NCBI GenBank assembly: GCA_963701855.1 | Contig: CAVPBK010000003.1 | Coordinates: 128,001-192,000 of the forward strand | DNA from: Nitrospirota bacterium | GTDB lineage: Bacteria > Nitrospirota > Nitrospiria > Nitrospirales > Nitrospiraceae | Length of the DNA stretch: 64,000 nt | Direction: 5' to 3' | Notes under the pieces: generated by a model | What the model was told of the DNA's origin: nothing | The model's input: the letters and a program-made list of their open reading frames with translations, nothing else | The model's database searches: none | Program-made: the position numbers and the translations under genes | Shown here: positions 63,680 to 64,000 of the stretch, in pieces | Layout: each line of letters opens with the position of its first letter | Position numbering within the stretch: position 1 is the first letter of the stretch

Positions 63680-64000
63680 CGTGAGCCGCTCCTAGCTAGC
63701 GCTGAAGCATACGTTTATTGCGTCGAGAAAGTACTCGTACGAAAGCAGGGAGCTGGTTATTCTGGTTTGCGGGTTCATTTTGTTTGTTTTGTTGAGCGAC
63801 ATCAAAGAAACCAGAGGCACCAGATAGGGCTCCCGGCCGGTTAAAAGTTTCCAGCCTCGACCACATCCTCGATGCTGTTGATGTCAAGCCAGTGACCTGC
63901 TGTATAGAGTACCCGGATGGGATATTGCCGTTTCAAGAGTTCTTGGAGCAGCTGGGGGATGCCGGTTTTGCGGTTGGCTGGCTTTGCCAGCATTTCTACA

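Overview
This is a bacterial chromosomal window; gene content and intergenic repeat style suggest a Nitrospira-like organism (inference). The left part (1-22.9 kb) is mostly core genes: the 3' end of an IS1202/ISNCY-type transposase, an atypical clpS, a Ca2+/H+ exchanger, hemW, a DUF1800/DUF1501 pair, an FGE-domain protein, a CADD/PqqC-like oxidase, metH, an HD-GYP regulator, and rph-rdgB-tRNA-Pro. The middle (22.9-40.9 kb) is an integration hotspot with three parts. (i) An integrase-less island lies between tRNA-Pro(UGG) and a 47-bp copy of its 3' end; it carries an SGNH protein, a DUF5989/SxtK-like peptide and a 4Fe-4S membrane protein. (ii) An island bounded by a duplicated 5' HALF of tRNA-Arg(UCU) carries a decayed tyrosine integrase and many pseudogenes. 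(iii) A further accessory tract follows tRNA-Arg. The most unusual signal is in (ii) and (iii): unrelated cargo genes are each preceded by a copy of the same promoter plus PilZ-like leader module, among repeated thermonuclease remnants, which looks like a cassette-type architecture. The right part holds a 1-Cys peroxiredoxin, czcCBA-czcD, ynfA, a frameshifted radical SAM gene, DsbA, DUF4139, tandem FGE paralogues, a DUF3365 cytochrome and a carbamoyltransferase-SxtJ-SxtK-like operon. No CRISPR array or rRNA was seen. All family calls are by motif recognition, not database search.
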